Of a DNA stretch of 64,000 nt, positions 23,355 through 36,426 are shown in pieces. This DNA is from Gavia stellata (Eukaryota). Every line of letters begins with the position of its first letter. Position 1 is the stretch's first letter. The stretch spans positions 19,458,879 to 19,522,878 of the forward strand of contig NC_082594.1 in the NCBI RefSeq assembly GCF_030936135.1, given 5' to 3'. The notes beneath the pieces are model-generated. The model ran no database searches. It saw only the letters and a program-made list of their open reading frames with translations, and was not told the origin of the DNA. The position numbers and the translations under genes are program-made.

Positions 23355-25480
23355 TAATTCAAATACCTTCTTTTATTCCATAGTAAGATGAATTCATTTT
23401 TACATTCCTTCATTTTCAAATGATGATCTAATAATGGTCTTTTTAAAAAATTACGGTTTTGTTTGGTTTATGGCATTTAAAGTTTGGTGTTTACCTAACT
23501 TCAGGTATTGTAGAGGTTTCCCCCTTCTGACAAGGAGAAAAATTGAGCGGGAAAGGAAATGGCAAAGTATTTCTGTCAAAATAAAAGTGGCACATAAACA
23601 GAACATAATACTTTTTCTTCAGCTGTTCATTTGATAGTTCTGGTTGCCAACCATAATTATGCTAAACTTTAAAACTTCATGTGTTGCTAGGGGTTTTTTA
23701 ACCAGTAGTAGGCACCAGAAGTAGTGATTGTTGTAACTAAGGTTGGCCAGCATTTTTTACTGAAAATAGGATTTAATTGTTTATATTTTGAGCAGATGTT
23801 TCTAGGGAAAGTTTCAGCCAATATAATTGAGCCTTTTTTGACAGTAAGGGAGAGGAAACATTCTGAAAATGGCAAAACATTCTTGCAGTTGCAATGTCTT
23901 AATGCTTCAGATCAGAGCGGCTAATGAATAAGGGTGTTAAGATTTTTGATGTGTGTTATGTCATCATTCCAACTAATGCTTGTTATTGACCAAATATAAA
24001 TCATCAGAAAAACCTGTTAAGAGTTTGTCAGCTCTTGAGCACGTACTACTAGGCCTCCTCACTTTGAAAATAAAGGAGAAGGGGCTGAAGAGTTACGGAA
24101 ACAGATGGGTATATGACCACTAGAGAATGGTCTAAAAAAACTTGAACTCATCAGTTATTTTCAAATTTCAGCATTCTTATGCTATATATAGGTTATGGTG
24201 AAACACTCTGGCAAGGTGTTTACACTTGAAGTTTGTGTAAGAAATAACTTCTGTTGCTGTTAGTTTTAATGCAAGTAATAGATCAGCAGGTTTGAGTCTG
24301 CTTATCTGTTGCTATGGTTTCAAATCTTTTCTGTTTAAAAATAACTAATTTTTAAGGATTTAAAATTCTTTGAAACATGAATGAACACAAGATTGCAGAA
24401 TCAAGCATTCAGAAAGTAAGAGTATCAGAAGTGAGGCTGCTGGTGCAGGTCTATCCTGTTGCATGTAGGCGTTGGTAAGTCTCCACACATGATCACATAC
24501 TGCATTGCCTCAGATGTAAGTTGGTTGTTCAAGAGATTCGAATTAGGCTGTTACAAGAGAAGTCAGACTTTTTTCAGCCCATTAATATAGTTTTCAGGCA
24601 TTTTAATGGACTTGGGTGGTACAGAAATCTTGGCCAAGACTAGAATGAGCAATGCTTAAATGTAGGGTTGGATTTGTCATCCACAGCCCTTTCTTTTAAT
24701 GGTTATTTAACCTGTCAGTCAGTCTTGTTTTCATATTCCTGACTGCCTGTATTCTAAGAATAGCTGCACAAAACATTCTTATTTCTATTGTCTTTAGTTC
24801 CTTTCTCTCCCTTTTCCCCCGCCTGTGTTACTCTTCTTTCTTTTGGTGCAATAAACAAGAAGGAGGAAAGAATAACATTCACAGTTACTTTAAAATTGAG
24901 CCATAGCGTAGACGCCAAAGTTTGCAATGAAGACACTAAACAAAAATTCTTTTAATCAAAGTACTTCATCTCACCTGATTTCCTGTGTGTCTCTTTTTTT
25001 ATGTCTCCTAATTAATACCTTTCAAAAAGTCTGGCAGGAATTTTCTGGCATAGGTGCTGTGGTACTCTGGTGTCTCTGTGTTTAGTCCTTCAGACTTCTA
25101 CAATGATACAGTCATGTTAATCTTAGATACTTTGAGTATGGGTTATTACATCATGATAAGCAAAAAAGGATGAAGGCTTTCTTTATCGCCTCTCTGCAGT
25201 AATCTTTCCTGATCTCTGCAGCCAGTTCTATGCCTAACCATAAAGGGAGCCAAGGAGAAGTAAGCTCTTTCTGTTTCAGTAAGAATGTATCTGAATTTGA
25301 GGTTCATGCTCAGCTGCTGGCAGGGAGGGGGGAATCATCTTAAATCAAATCAAATAATGGTAATGTGGAACCAGAAGCCAAGGTCATGCTATCATGGGTG
25401 CAAAGCAAAGGCTGTGATTTGGCTGTAAAGAGATGGTCTTGATATGTGATGGTAGATACATAACTTGAGTTATTCTTTAG

Positions 25481-25601
25481 GCAATCAGGTGCAGGCTGGC
25501 TTGCATTGAGCCTTATAAAGGGGCAAATGAGTGGAACAGAGAAGCCAAGGAAAGATTTGAAGAAATGACTGAGGATAAACTTATGCTGTGTTCAGTAGTT
25601 G
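25481..25601 (+). CDS. RNF17: RNF17 coding exon (AIRCRLACIEPYKGANEWNREAKERFEEMTEDKLMLCSVV-)
   Basis: Acceptor ttctttag|gca and donor gttg|gtacgt; human AIKCKLAYIEPYK...WSKEAKEKFEE...CSVI. Confidence 0.85.
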
Positions 25602-26362
25602 GTACGTTATCAAGAGTGTATTAATTTATATTTAAATATTATTAAATTAACTCCAATGTAGAAACATGCACTTTCATATTTTAAATAGTATTTATTTGAA
25701 ATGCTTATGTTCATACATGTGACAGGTAGCCTGGAGTGAGAATATCTAAACATAATTTTATAATTTTCCTCCTAATTGGAGGAGACATAGCAGATATATA
25801 ACTTCTGACAAAAACTCTGTTTATGCCTTCTCTTACAGACCACACCAGCATTATGTGATATAAATATCCTGGTTTATTAAGATGGGCTTGTTTCCAAAAG
25901 TATTAGCTATCCTTTCCTTGACTCTTTCTGACTTCATTTGTAGCTGGGAGTGTGATTGCTTCTGCTCTAAAATATTGCCAAAAAAAAAAAATTTAGATAA
26001 CATATATATGCCTTAGTAGAATTTTTCTCAATACCATTTATTGTTAATATGTAACTAGTTATTTTTCAACACCTGTGTAATGGTGGTTTGGAACCTATCT
26101 AATAAATGAAATTACATGTAGCAGTTGGTTTCTTTGTACAACAGTATTTTGTAATTGTTTGTGTATTTTAAGTTAATCTTACAGATATGTGCAAAGCTAA
26201 GCATCTACATACTGTTGATGTTCAGAATCAATTATATTATAAATCAAATGTAATTTTACAAAATTCTGGCTCTTAGTACCATTTGCCGTGTCTCCTAAAC
26301 CATAAATAGTCTTTATACTGTCGTTGATTGGCACTAATTATGTTTATATTATTTATTCACAG

Positions 26363-26480
26363 AAATTTTAGATAATAACATCTTATCTATTGAACTCTAT
26401 GACTCCTCTGCTGTTCATGAAAGAAGCTTTAATATTAACTGCCAGCTAGTTAAAGAAGACCTAGCATCCTACATACCTGG
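26363..26480 (+). CDS. RNF17: RNF17 coding exon (EILDNNILSIELYDSSAVHERSFNINCQLVKEDLASYIPG)
   Basis: Acceptor ttcacag|aa and donor cctgg|gtaaat; human ILEDNVLLVELFDS...INDQLVKEGLASYEIG. Confidence 0.85.
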
Positions 26481-29400
26481 GTAAATACACTGTGCATAAC
26501 TTAAAGTATTCTGAAATACTGAATTTGTGTAACAAAATTACTGGCTTCAGTATGTCACCTCCAGTGGCTGGAATTTACCACATTTGTGGTAAATTCATTA
26601 CAAATCGCATTCATCAACTAATGTAAGTTACAGTGTAACTCTGCAGTTTGGCATAGTTGAATTCTCAGACTAAATCTTGAGTAACATAATTTATTGAAGT
26701 TGATTCAAAAGTTGGATATGAAATTTTTGCATCATAGTTGTAATGTGCTTAAGTGCCAAATCTTCCCAAATTGGTTATCATTTAGTTTCCCATTCCCTTA
26801 TAGTAAGAAAAGAAATACCACTTTCTTGTGTTTAACCTGCACCTAAAGTAAGTCCTCTCTTTTGAAGTTCTGTTATTAGAAAACAAATACTCGATAACCA
26901 GCTATGACAGTGACAGACAAAAGAATTGGGAAGCCTGCTGGGAGAGATGAGGCTGATAAAGAGATAATACCACTGCATTTAATTTCTTGGCTTTTTAAAA
27001 AGATAATCATGGGCTGTATTCATAAAAATAATTATTATTTCATTAATAATTTTTGAATCCTTAACAAAAATAAAGATACTATTAAATAGAAAGTTTTTAT
27101 TCTAGAAGAGAATTCCTGAATTTTCTTTTTTTCAGGAGGAAGCAAATAAGTGGATTTTTATCTCTTAGCTCAGAAATATAACTAAACCCTAGTAAAACTC
27201 TTCTTGTCCTAGTCACAATTTTTAGTAAAATTTTTGTAAAATTAAGCAGCTTTATTTAAACCTGAACAGCTGAATTGTTTTGTCACTGTCAGTAGAGTAT
27301 TTTGTTCTGTTGCAGCTGTGCTTAGATGCCCGCTTGCAGCCTGCAAACAAATGGATATGTTACTTTAATACAAGTTGCTGTGTAACACTAGTAACTTTAC
27401 TAATGTGGATGTTTTGGTTGTTCGCTCACTCCCCATTCTTTAGTTGGACTGGGAGGAAGACAGAAGAAACAGGAGCAAGAAAATTCATGGGTCAAAATAA
27501 AGACAGGGAAATCGCTTACCAAGTACTGTTGTGGGCAAAACAGACTTAATTTAACATAATTACTAATTAGCATAAATATTGAATTACTGATTCAGGCATT
27601 GGGACACAAAAAGCAAACATTTACAACGCCTGCCCTCCCCCTTTTCCAGGCTCAACTTCACTCCCAAGCACCTCTCTTCCCCCTCCTACACTCCAGTTAC
27701 AATCAGTTCCTTCAGTGAGGCAGTGAGCAGTGCAGGGGGTTGGGGTCAGGACACAGCAATTTCTCCCTGCTGCTCCTTCCTTCTTGCTCTTCTCTTCCTG
27801 TGCTCCAGCGTGGGTCATCCACAGGCCTCAGTTCCCTCAGGAGTGTGCCTCTTCCCCCACAAAATACCTTCTGCTCTTCTGACCTCGGTGTTCCCTATGT
27901 TATTTCTCTTCTCTTCCCTCCTCTCTCTCCCTGGTGTTTTCTGCCCTTCATTAAATTAGAGGTGCTACCAGCTTCCCTGAAGGGCTCAGCCATGTCCTAT
28001 GGAGGGTCTGTTGTAGAGATGGCTGAAATGGGCAGTGTCCACCATGGGTGAGCACCTGGCCTCTTCTTTCAGAGGTCACCGTTGCAGCCCCTCTCCCTAG
28101 CTACCAGCACCTTGCCATTTACACCCAGTGCACCATGTCTTTTAGCTGGAATGATGTTTCCATGTGGGCGGGGGGCAAGGGAGTTGTTTTGTGGGGGCTT
28201 TGGGGATTTTTGGCCTGCTTTGTTTTCCTATGCGCATAGATCTCAAGCCCTCCAGAGCCCATTTGTCACAATTTCTCCTTCTCACTGAATTTCCCATTTG
28301 TGAAGATGGATGTCTGCAAAAAGTCAAGAGACTGGTGAATAGTTTAAACCTACTTTAGGTCATTTAGAATCACATTTGGGTTATGATTACTCTTCCATGT
28401 TTAGTGCTGTTGAGGGATACCCAGGCCAGCTCTAAACTAGTGTAAGACCACATAAGCAGGAGGGCACAGTGCTCCACTGAAGCTGACTTGCTGACGAGCA
28501 AACATCAGTAACCTTACTCTTGCTTTGGGATAGGAAGTAGTCTATACAGAATTCCAGGACGAAACTTTGAAGTTCTTTCCAAGTTGATTGTTTTTTCTGA
28601 TGGATCTGCAATGATAATCCTATTCTGGAGTTACTAGAGGGGGGGGTTGTAAGACAAGTAACATGTATTTCACTTGGGAGAACTCTCCATGGCAGATTGC
28701 TTCTGCCGATGTCATAGTTGAGACTAGTTGTACACAAGGTAAGCATATTTATGAGCTATGGTCTTCATTTCTTTCCTGGTTCTACAAGTTAGCTGTTTTA
28801 CCCAGCAGCTTCCAAATACCTGCATCAGGAAGGTTTGCATAAATAATCGTGTAGCAGTATGTGTTAGATAATTCAATACTTCACAGAATTTTCTCTCTGA
28901 CAGAGCAGTTTGTTTCCTTCCCGTGAAGGAAAAGACAGGTGGTAGATCTCTGAAAACAGAAGAGGGTTTCTTCCTGGAGGCCCAGAAATGGCCAGCAGTT
29001 AAACTCATGTTTGCTGTCTCCTTTAGTCAGTGATGTTTACAAGAAGCCAGTTCTTTTGCATTAACAGTTGGGTTTTTTTCAAGCTGCAATCTCTTGCATC
29101 TCTAGTTAGTGCAATTCACACAGGCTTGTACTAAGCTGGGTTGTGGCTCAAAATACATACCAGCCAACATTTGATTGCTGTTGGGCTTTATTCTATACAG
29201 TTCACGTGATTTAAAGACGTTTTCATCAAGGTATTATGACCATACTTCATTCAGTACTCTACTTAGGAAAATGCTAGCACCAGTTGTGTTGTATGCGTAT
29301 CCTCAGGGAATGCTAGAAGGGTAAGTGTTTCACTAATGTTAATATCCTTTACTTCTGAAAGGAATATTTACACATCTTAGAAGTTGAATGTTGCAGCTTT

Positions 29401-29800
29401 CACTCAGAGGCAACACTGATTTCCAGAAGTGTGATATTAGTAATTTGATGTCTTTTAAGGCAGACATAAACATTAATGTTCAGCAGCCCATTTGTGTCAG
29501 GCTTGCTTTTCTGCTGGCAGCCTATATTGCATAGTGCTTTCATCTGTCAGTGGAATGTGCAAGGATACCTTCTGAAGGAGAATAAAAATAAGTTACTATC
29601 ATGAGTGTTTCAGAAGTAGCATTTAGAAATGTTTTTGTGTTTTGTTGGGATTTTTTTCTGCTTTTGTAAGTTACTTGTTATTCTGTGCTCGTCATGTTGA
29701 ATGATTCATGTCATGTTGAACTGTGATTATTGAGCTCTTTTCACTTTTTTTTTTAAAATGTGTTTAAACTTTCCATTCTAATTATTTTATGCTCTTACAG

Positions 29801-30022
29801 GTACCCTGAAAGTACTGCTGTAAGGCCCAATGAAATATGGGATGTTCCTCTAGAAGAAATTCCTGAAACCTCAGAAGCTTTAAATCCTGTAGACATGGAA
29901 TCTGTGGATGAAAGAGATTTCAAATCACTTTCTAAGAAAGAGCTACAAGTGAGAATTAGTCATGTTGTGTCTCCTAGTAAAATTTTTATACAGTGGCTGT
30001 CATCAGAAAGTGTACTGAAAAG
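29801..30022 (+). CDS. RNF17: RNF17 coding exon, Tudor domain 3 N-flank (YPESTAVRPNEIWDVPLEEIPETSEALNPVDMESVDERDFKSLSKKELQVRISHVVSPSKIFIQWLSSESVLK-)
   Basis: ORF 29760..30029; acceptor cttacag|g and donor aaaag|gtacta; human ...[24 protein letters not shown]. Confidence 0.85.
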
Positions 30023-30996
30023 GTACTAAAATTTAAATAACTTTTCTCGAGTTAAGGCACTCTTATTACAAACTGGTGAAGTATAGTTAGAACAAACTCT
30101 AATTAGGGTTGCATTTGGCACTGGGTACTCTTTTGAATGCTGTTGACTTAATCTTGCTTTGTTGAGAAAAGTTTAAGAACAGAAGACAGATTGGCACTAT
30201 GTTACGGTTTATTAAATGTTTGTGATGCCAAATTAAGTACGTGATCTAACTTCTATTTCAAATCAGTTTTAATGTAGTAAGTATTGGGGCCTGATAAATG
30301 CAACACTGTCCAGAAAAATTAAATCTTTCTGCTCTTTCTTTTCTCCTCCCCATTCCTTCATTAGAAATCTTGTTAAATAATACCAGTATCCTTAGTTATA
30401 GAACTTCAATCAAGTTATTTCTTTCAACATAATTATAATACTCAGTTAGGAATGTTTGAAGGCAATTTCTAGACATAGTGTATCAACCTTGCTTTGGTAG
30501 TTATTTAGGTAACATTTAGGTAATAGTGCGTACTGCTAGAAGACAGTTAAGTGGAAATATCATTGCTTAGTGCAAGTTGCTTATTCTGCCTCTTATTTCT
30601 CCTTTCTTTCATCTTTTTTACCTTCTTGCATGTAGCTTCCTAGAGTTCCATTGAGTTAGTTATGACACTAAATGAGTACCACACTCTCAAGTTGTCGAGA
30701 GAAAATAGTGCGTCTTTCAAATAGTGATAGCATTATACAGAAAGGTCAGGATTGCTGAGATTAATTCCGTTGTTTAAGAAAACATGATAGTTCTACAGAA
30801 TGTTAATCAGATTGCATGTGTTTTGTAGCTCCATTTAATGTATTTCTAACATGCCATGAAGAAAAACTAATACTATCTGCCTGTTAAACTGTTACTAAAA
30901 CTTTACTGTATGCTAGTTAAGCAGTAATGGACTAAATAAACCCTTTATTCACTGGATAAAATTTTACCACTAGAAAAGTGTTTTTTTGAATGTTAG

Positions 30997-31147
30997 TTTA
31001 CAGGAGAAGATGGCTACCTTCTACAAGGAATCCCAGCCACAGTCTGTGAAGTGGGAAAGTAGTATGCACTGTGCTGTTTATGTACATGATTTGAAACAGT
31101 GGCAAAGAGGTCAAATAAGCAGGATTGTCTCTGAAACAAGTGCAGAG
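30997..31147 (+). CDS. RNF17: RNF17 coding exon, Tudor domain 3 (SLQEKMATFYKESQPQSVKWESSMHCAVYVHDLKQWQRGQISRIVSETSAE)
   Basis: Acceptor gaatgttag|ttta. The nearer acceptor cag|gag at 31003 was rejected because it breaks the reading frame. Donor gcagag|gtaaac; human [50 protein letters not shown]. Confidence 0.75.
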
Positions 31148-32268
31148 GTAAACCTGTTATCATAAGGGGGTTCATACTTTTATTTCTGAAGTTTGTAAGC
31201 ATTCATTGATTAAAATAATACCAAATCTTTGCTTCTTACTTTTATGTTAATATTTTCTCATATAGCCTTTGCTTCTGTTGAGAGTTTAAGTTACATTGTA
31301 CATTGCTGCAAATAAGATTACTGTTTCATCAAAGCTCAGATGCCGTTAGCAGGGAACCTGGTAGTTGAGGAAGGCTAATGAGCTTTACTTTGTGTATGTT
31401 TACACTACACTTTGCAACATAGCGCAGATTCCCAAACTATAGCCTAACAGTTTAGGTTAGATTCCAGAAGCTGTGTGAACCTGAGGGTCACATTAATTTA
31501 AACTTAATGAACCTTTCTATAAAAGATGGAGCCAGCTGAACTGAGTGCAGCACCACAGGAACATACGTAGTCATGCTGTTGCTTGAACTCTAAACTGGTA
31601 GTGATGCCCTGTGCCATGCAGGTGTAACATTTTCCACAGTAACTTCTCACACAGTGCTGCTTTAAACATGCGTTTTGTTGCACTCGTTTGAAAAAAGTAA
31701 GGAGCATCAAAAGAGGCATTCCGTGAACATATACGTACTTACCTCAAAAGTGAGAGTGGCTTTTTAATCATACAGCTAATCCAGGACTGGATTACCATTG
31801 GTTCTTTCCACCATCATCAGATTATGCCTGTGGGTCTTGTTAGCAGGAAGCAGAAGTGGGACTTGCTATACTTATGGTTTGATTCATCTGTTTTCTAAGG
31901 CTAAGAGCCCTCAAACAGCTATTTATCCACGTCAGAATAAAAAGCAGGGGGTGGAGGGGAGCTATTTCAGTGTTTCTAGGTTTACAGATTTAAGTGCACC
32001 AGCATAACTGAAGCAGGGGAAAATAAATATTCAAGTAACAGCCTCTGTAAAGTTGTTTAACCCCCTTTGAGCACATTTAGTATGCTGTGGTAATCATTTG
32101 TGTTGTGTGGTGGAGTACTTCAGTGCAAAGGCCATTCGTTGAATCCTGGTAATGTTTGTTTGTTTGAATTTTGTTTACCTATTCAGGCATGCTTTGAACT
32201 ATCATTCATTACAGGTAACACTAAGAGGGATTTTTTTTCTGTTTTATTGTGTTTCTTGGCTGTTACAG

Positions 32269-32387
32269 GTAATACTTTATGATTCTGGAGCTGAAAAAAC
32301 AGTGGATTTAAACTGTCTAAGAAAACTTGAGGAAAATATGAAGATAATTAGGACATTAGCAGTAGAATGTTCCTTGGCAGATATAAG
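32269..32387 (+). CDS. RNF17: RNF17 coding exon, Tudor domain 3 ([39 protein letters not shown])
   Basis: ORF 32152..32391; acceptor tgttacag|gta and donor ataag|gtagcc; human [40 protein letters not shown]. Confidence 0.9.
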
Positions 32388-33172
32388 GTAGCCTTTCCCT
32401 TATACTGAGTAGCAGTATTAGAAACCTAATAATGACATAAGTGAAGATTTTCCTGTCTTAGCACTGATTATCTAAGATTTGCATATGGTTTGCTTTTTGA
32501 ATAAAGAAGAAATGGGATGGCAGCTGTGATTCGTTTTATAAAGGTGTTTTTTTCTAAGGGTTATGCTACATACCGGTAAAGCAGAAACTGTGCTATAGAA
32601 AGAAAGAATATTTATAGGATTAATTATAAAATACTGGGCAGACGATAGCAGTTTTTCTTATTTCACTTAATGCTTTTTTCCTTGGCTCAGAATTTGAGAT
32701 TAATTTGATCTCATGAAAATGCTCAGGAGGTGTCTCTTTTCTAGACTATAGAAAAGAGAGGGGACCAAGGTATTCTCCTGTGCATTTGTTTGTGTGCTGT
32801 CTATACTGTGAAACAAAAAAAAATCATGTTTGTAATACCCATTCCCTGAATGAATATAAAAAGCCCAATTTGCAGATGAAGTATGGATTTTCCTTTGTTC
32901 TGTTAAGGCAGGCGTCATACTTACGGAACTCAAGATTCCCCTTAGTTTTGAAGTTCTGGGGTTATATTTTTGAATTCTTCCTGCCTTATAGATCCAGAGA
33001 TGAATAACCATTTCTTTTTACCGTTGACTGTAATGGAGATGGTCTTTTTCCTCCTGACAGTACAGGCAGTTTCAAAAAAATTAAAACTCCATAAAGGGAA
33101 GGGTTTGTGGTTAATATCAGGAGATGCCAACTTCTCTTGTACTAAAGGAGATTGTAATTTGTTCTATGTTAG

Positions 33173-33263
33173 ACCAACAGGTGGAAGCACACAGTGGACA
33201 GCAACAGTGTGTGAATGTTTATCCTATTACCTAACCGGGGCACAAGTAAAAATAATCATACAG
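33173..33263 (+). CDS. RNF17: RNF17 coding exon (RPTGGSTQWTATVCECLSYYLTGAQVKIIIQ)
   Basis: Acceptor tatgttag|a and donor atacag|gtttgt; human [31 protein letters not shown]. Confidence 0.85.
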
Positions 33264-34099
33264 GTTTGTAATCAAAACCAGTGGTATTTGTAAAATTTCT
33301 GTCAGATTGTCTGTTAATTTTTTTCTGAATATTTTCACTCTTTCAAGAAAGTCCTGAGTGGAACTTGCTTAGATTGCTGTTTGCTCTAGGGAAAAAGAGG
33401 CTTTTTCTTTTTTCTGCTTTATTTTTGTTATTCACTGGAGCATTAGAGCAGTTTGGCTACCCGGTGTGGAAAGAACACAGTCTTTAGATATATTCAGTTA
33501 CTGAAGAATAATATTTACGTCTTTGGGATCACTGGATGCTGACAGCTTTTATGGACAGATGAGCAAGATGCTCATGTTCTTGATGAGAATCATTTCAGCA
33601 GCTACTATATTCGTTTGCAAGCCTCAGAAACTGAAAGAACAAGTCCGAAGCTGTACGAACATCATTAGTAATTTATTTTTTCCACTGGCAAAAAACCCTG
33701 GAATTATTATGAGGGTTTGATTTGTTTAGTGTCTGTTGGCAGCTGCTAGTGAGGTTTTACAATGTGTCTGGAAATAAATGCACTGATGAGTAAAGTTATT
33801 TATGAGTGGGTTTAAAGCTCCTGCTAGAGGAAAACAAGTATTTGGCAGTTCATTCTAATAAAACAGCTAAGGGAAGAAGCAAGGGTTTATTCTGTTACTC
33901 TTTTTTTAATGTCATGTTTAGAACAGTTCATAAAATGATGAGAACTGTGACATAGATTAAATAAATTTTGTGTTTTCTGATGTGCGCATCACTTGTTCAA
34001 CAATGTCTGATGTGCAGTCAGTACCAGTAAAATGAAGAATATGCCTGTAGAAGAAATGCATATTGTAATATGTTGTCCAGCACTCTCATTTTTTTCCAG

Positions 34100-34215
34100 G
34101 AAAGTGATGTGGCTTGTGCATTGCCTGTGAAAATCCTTTGCAAAGATGAAACAGGACAATTGATGGATATTTCAGAACACCTTATTAAAAAGGGTTTGGC
34201 TTTTAGAAACAGAAG
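34100..34215 (+). CDS. RNF17: RNF17 coding exon (ESDVACALPVKILCKDETGQLMDISEHLIKKGLAFRNR-)
   Basis: Acceptor tttttccag|gaa and donor agaag|gtttgg; human ...[33 protein letters not shown]. Confidence 0.85.
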
Positions 34216-34533
34216 GTTTGGATACTTTTATATTCTTTCAGACTCTCACATTCACATTGTGATAAGCTAATAAGTAAAACAAAAATTTGCATTGTCCTCT
34301 ACAACATGTAGCAACAGAACTATTTTTAGTGAACTTATTGGAGTATAACATTATTAATTGTATCCATTGCATGTTTCAGTTCTCTAAGTTGGTAGATGAG
34401 ATGATTGACAGTATTTTAACAAGCATTTGCCATCTTTGTGTGTTTGGTTTTTTACTTCTATTATTTTATTCTTTTGCACTTTCAAAGTTCTTTATCAGTT
34501 AATATGTTGATATGATCTGATTGAATCTGCTAG

Positions 34534-34841
34534 AATTGATAAAGCTGGTGTGGCTTGCTCAGTCTCCAAGGGACATCTTAAAGTGCATTTAGAGCAAGAG
34601 AACACACGACTGGATGGTTGTAATTCAGAAACTGCACGTGGAGAAAACAGTGCTGCTCCAGAGGAGAACATTGCTGTTTCAGAGAGTCAACAAAAATCAT
34701 GTGAAACGTACAAGGCACTGCTTCATTCAGGAACAGATGAAATATATAAATCCCCCATTATACCTGAAGCGAAAATTTTTCAAGCTGTAGTAAGTTGCAT
34801 TGGACGTGATGGAACTATTTATATAATACCAAAATCCTTTG
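34534..34841 (+). CDS. RNF17: RNF17 coding exon (IDKAGVACSVSKGHLKVHLEQENTRLDGCNSETARGENSAAPEENIAVSESQQKSCETYKALLHSGTDEIYKSPIIPEAKIFQAVVSCIGRDGTIYIIPKSF-)
   Basis: ORF 34550..34855; acceptor ctgctag|a and donor ctttg|gtaaga; human ...[22 protein letters not shown]. Confidence 0.8.
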
Positions 34842-35934
34842 GTAAGATTACATAGAAGAAAATACGTTTATGTCTATGAATATGATGGCTTGGGTATATG
34901 AGAATATACCAGATATGTGTTCTAGTATACATGTTCTATATCAGACCACAGTTCTGGAAGATTCCTCTTGGGAGGATTGCCACTGGGAGGTGATGAGGCC
35001 TTTGGCGTGGGGGGCAAGGGGTGCGTGCCTGTGCACCGCTTTCTCTGCAGTGGTGAGGAGATGTCCTGCAGCTTCCAGGAATAGGAAACCCAAATCCCCA
35101 GGAGCTGGTGTCAGGTCCTCAAACCCATCAAAACCGGCTTTCCTGTCCTTCCACCCTCCCGAGAAATCAAAAAACCCCAAGCACTTGGATGGGCTGGTTG
35201 CTTGCCTCTCTTCTCTAGGCAGTATTGGGTAAAGCAGGAAGTGCTTTTTTCATAATGTCGTGATTGTGATACATTTTACTACTAATAATGAAGTTACAGT
35301 CCTAAAGATTCTCAGAAGTTAGCCTGGTTCTCAAATATTACTGGATTTTTTTCTTCAGTGTGACCTCAGTACTCAGTTTCCTTGGGCTCTTACTTGTACT
35401 GTGATAGATTCTGTATCTGTTAATATCATCTGTTTGTACTGTTTGAAAGAGGTACATTTTCATCTGACAGATGCAGTGTCAGTCTTCAGTACCATGATAA
35501 TATATCGTGCTTTAGAGAAATGTTTCCATATGAGAATATTTTTTTTTTTACTCTACAAGTACATTTTAACTATAAGATCATAGCATAAAACTTAGAAATT
35601 GAAAGTACAGTAACCCCACTTGCCCAAGACTGTATTCTTCTTGCAGTTGTTGCTGTAGACTGTACCCATAGCAGAAGAGGGTCTTCTGGACACCTGTTTT
35701 GTGTTATTTCATGGTGTCCTACCACTGTCTCTTGGAATCTGATGTCTTGTTCATGGAGAGGCTCTTGTATTAGTGCTGCCAAGGTGTCAATTGCAAAATT
35801 TATAGACCATTCTTCTCTGAGATTAGAATCCAGAATTACTAATGGCTTCACAAATGGAAATTCAGTTTGCTTTTTGTTTTAAGTAGTAACTTGTTTGCAT
35901 ATACTGGAAGTTGAACATACGTATGTATGAGCAA

Positions 35935-36036
35935 CCTGATCTAGTGGAAGGTGTCCCTGCCCATGGCAGGGGGGGTTGGAACTAGATGATCTTTAAGGTC
36001 TCTTCCAACCCAGACCATTCTATGATGATTCTGTGA
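35935..36036 (+). mobile_element. CR1 3'-terminal fragment (~100 bp)
   Basis: gttggaactagatgatctttaaggtctcttccaacccagaccattctatgatgattctgtgata, the canonical CR1 3' end. Confidence 0.75.
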
Positions 36037-36191
36037 TAACTGTATCAATGCTGGAAAACATTTTCTGGAGCAGCACATGTATTTTATGTTTATACATGTC
36101 TTCATCTGAATCTGCTGGGTTTTAGTGATTGAAATCGTTTGTGCTAATATGTTACAGACTATTTTGAATTTTTTTTATTCCCCCCTCCCAG

Positions 36192-36355
36192 AAATTGAAC
36201 TAAACAAATTGATGACTGAAATACAAAGTAACTTCAAATGCCTTGGTCTTCTGGAACCCTACTGCTGGAAAAAGGGAGAAGCTTGTGTTGTAAGAGGATC
36301 AGATACCATGTGGTATCGAGGTAGAGTTGTAGAACTTGGTGGTGGTACTCTCCAG
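36192..36355 (+). CDS. RNF17: RNF17 coding exon, Tudor domain 4 ([55 protein letters not shown])
   Basis: ORF 36125..36388; acceptor cctcccag|aa and donor ctccag|gtaagt; human [46 protein letters not shown]. Confidence 0.9.
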
Positions 36356-36376
36356 GTAAGTTTGATTATATGTCAT

Positions 36377-36426
36377 GTGTGTGCATGAACATGTGCGTGT
36401 GTGCATGAACATGTGCACGTGCATGT
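36377..36426. repeat. Tandem duplication, 2 x 20 bp (gtgtgcatgaacatgtgcRY), immediately 3' of RNF17 exon 23
   Basis: catgtgtgtgcatgaacatgtgcgtgtgtgcatgaacatgtgcacgtgcatg. Confidence 0.85.

Noticed and set aside
31003-31004. Stronger-looking acceptor tttacag|gagaag for RNF17 exon 18
   Set aside because: It gives an in-frame stop within 15 codons given the incoming phase. The upstream acceptor gaatgttag|tttacag (exon start 30997) restores ...VLK-S-LQEKMATFY..., which parallels human ...[13 protein letters not shown].
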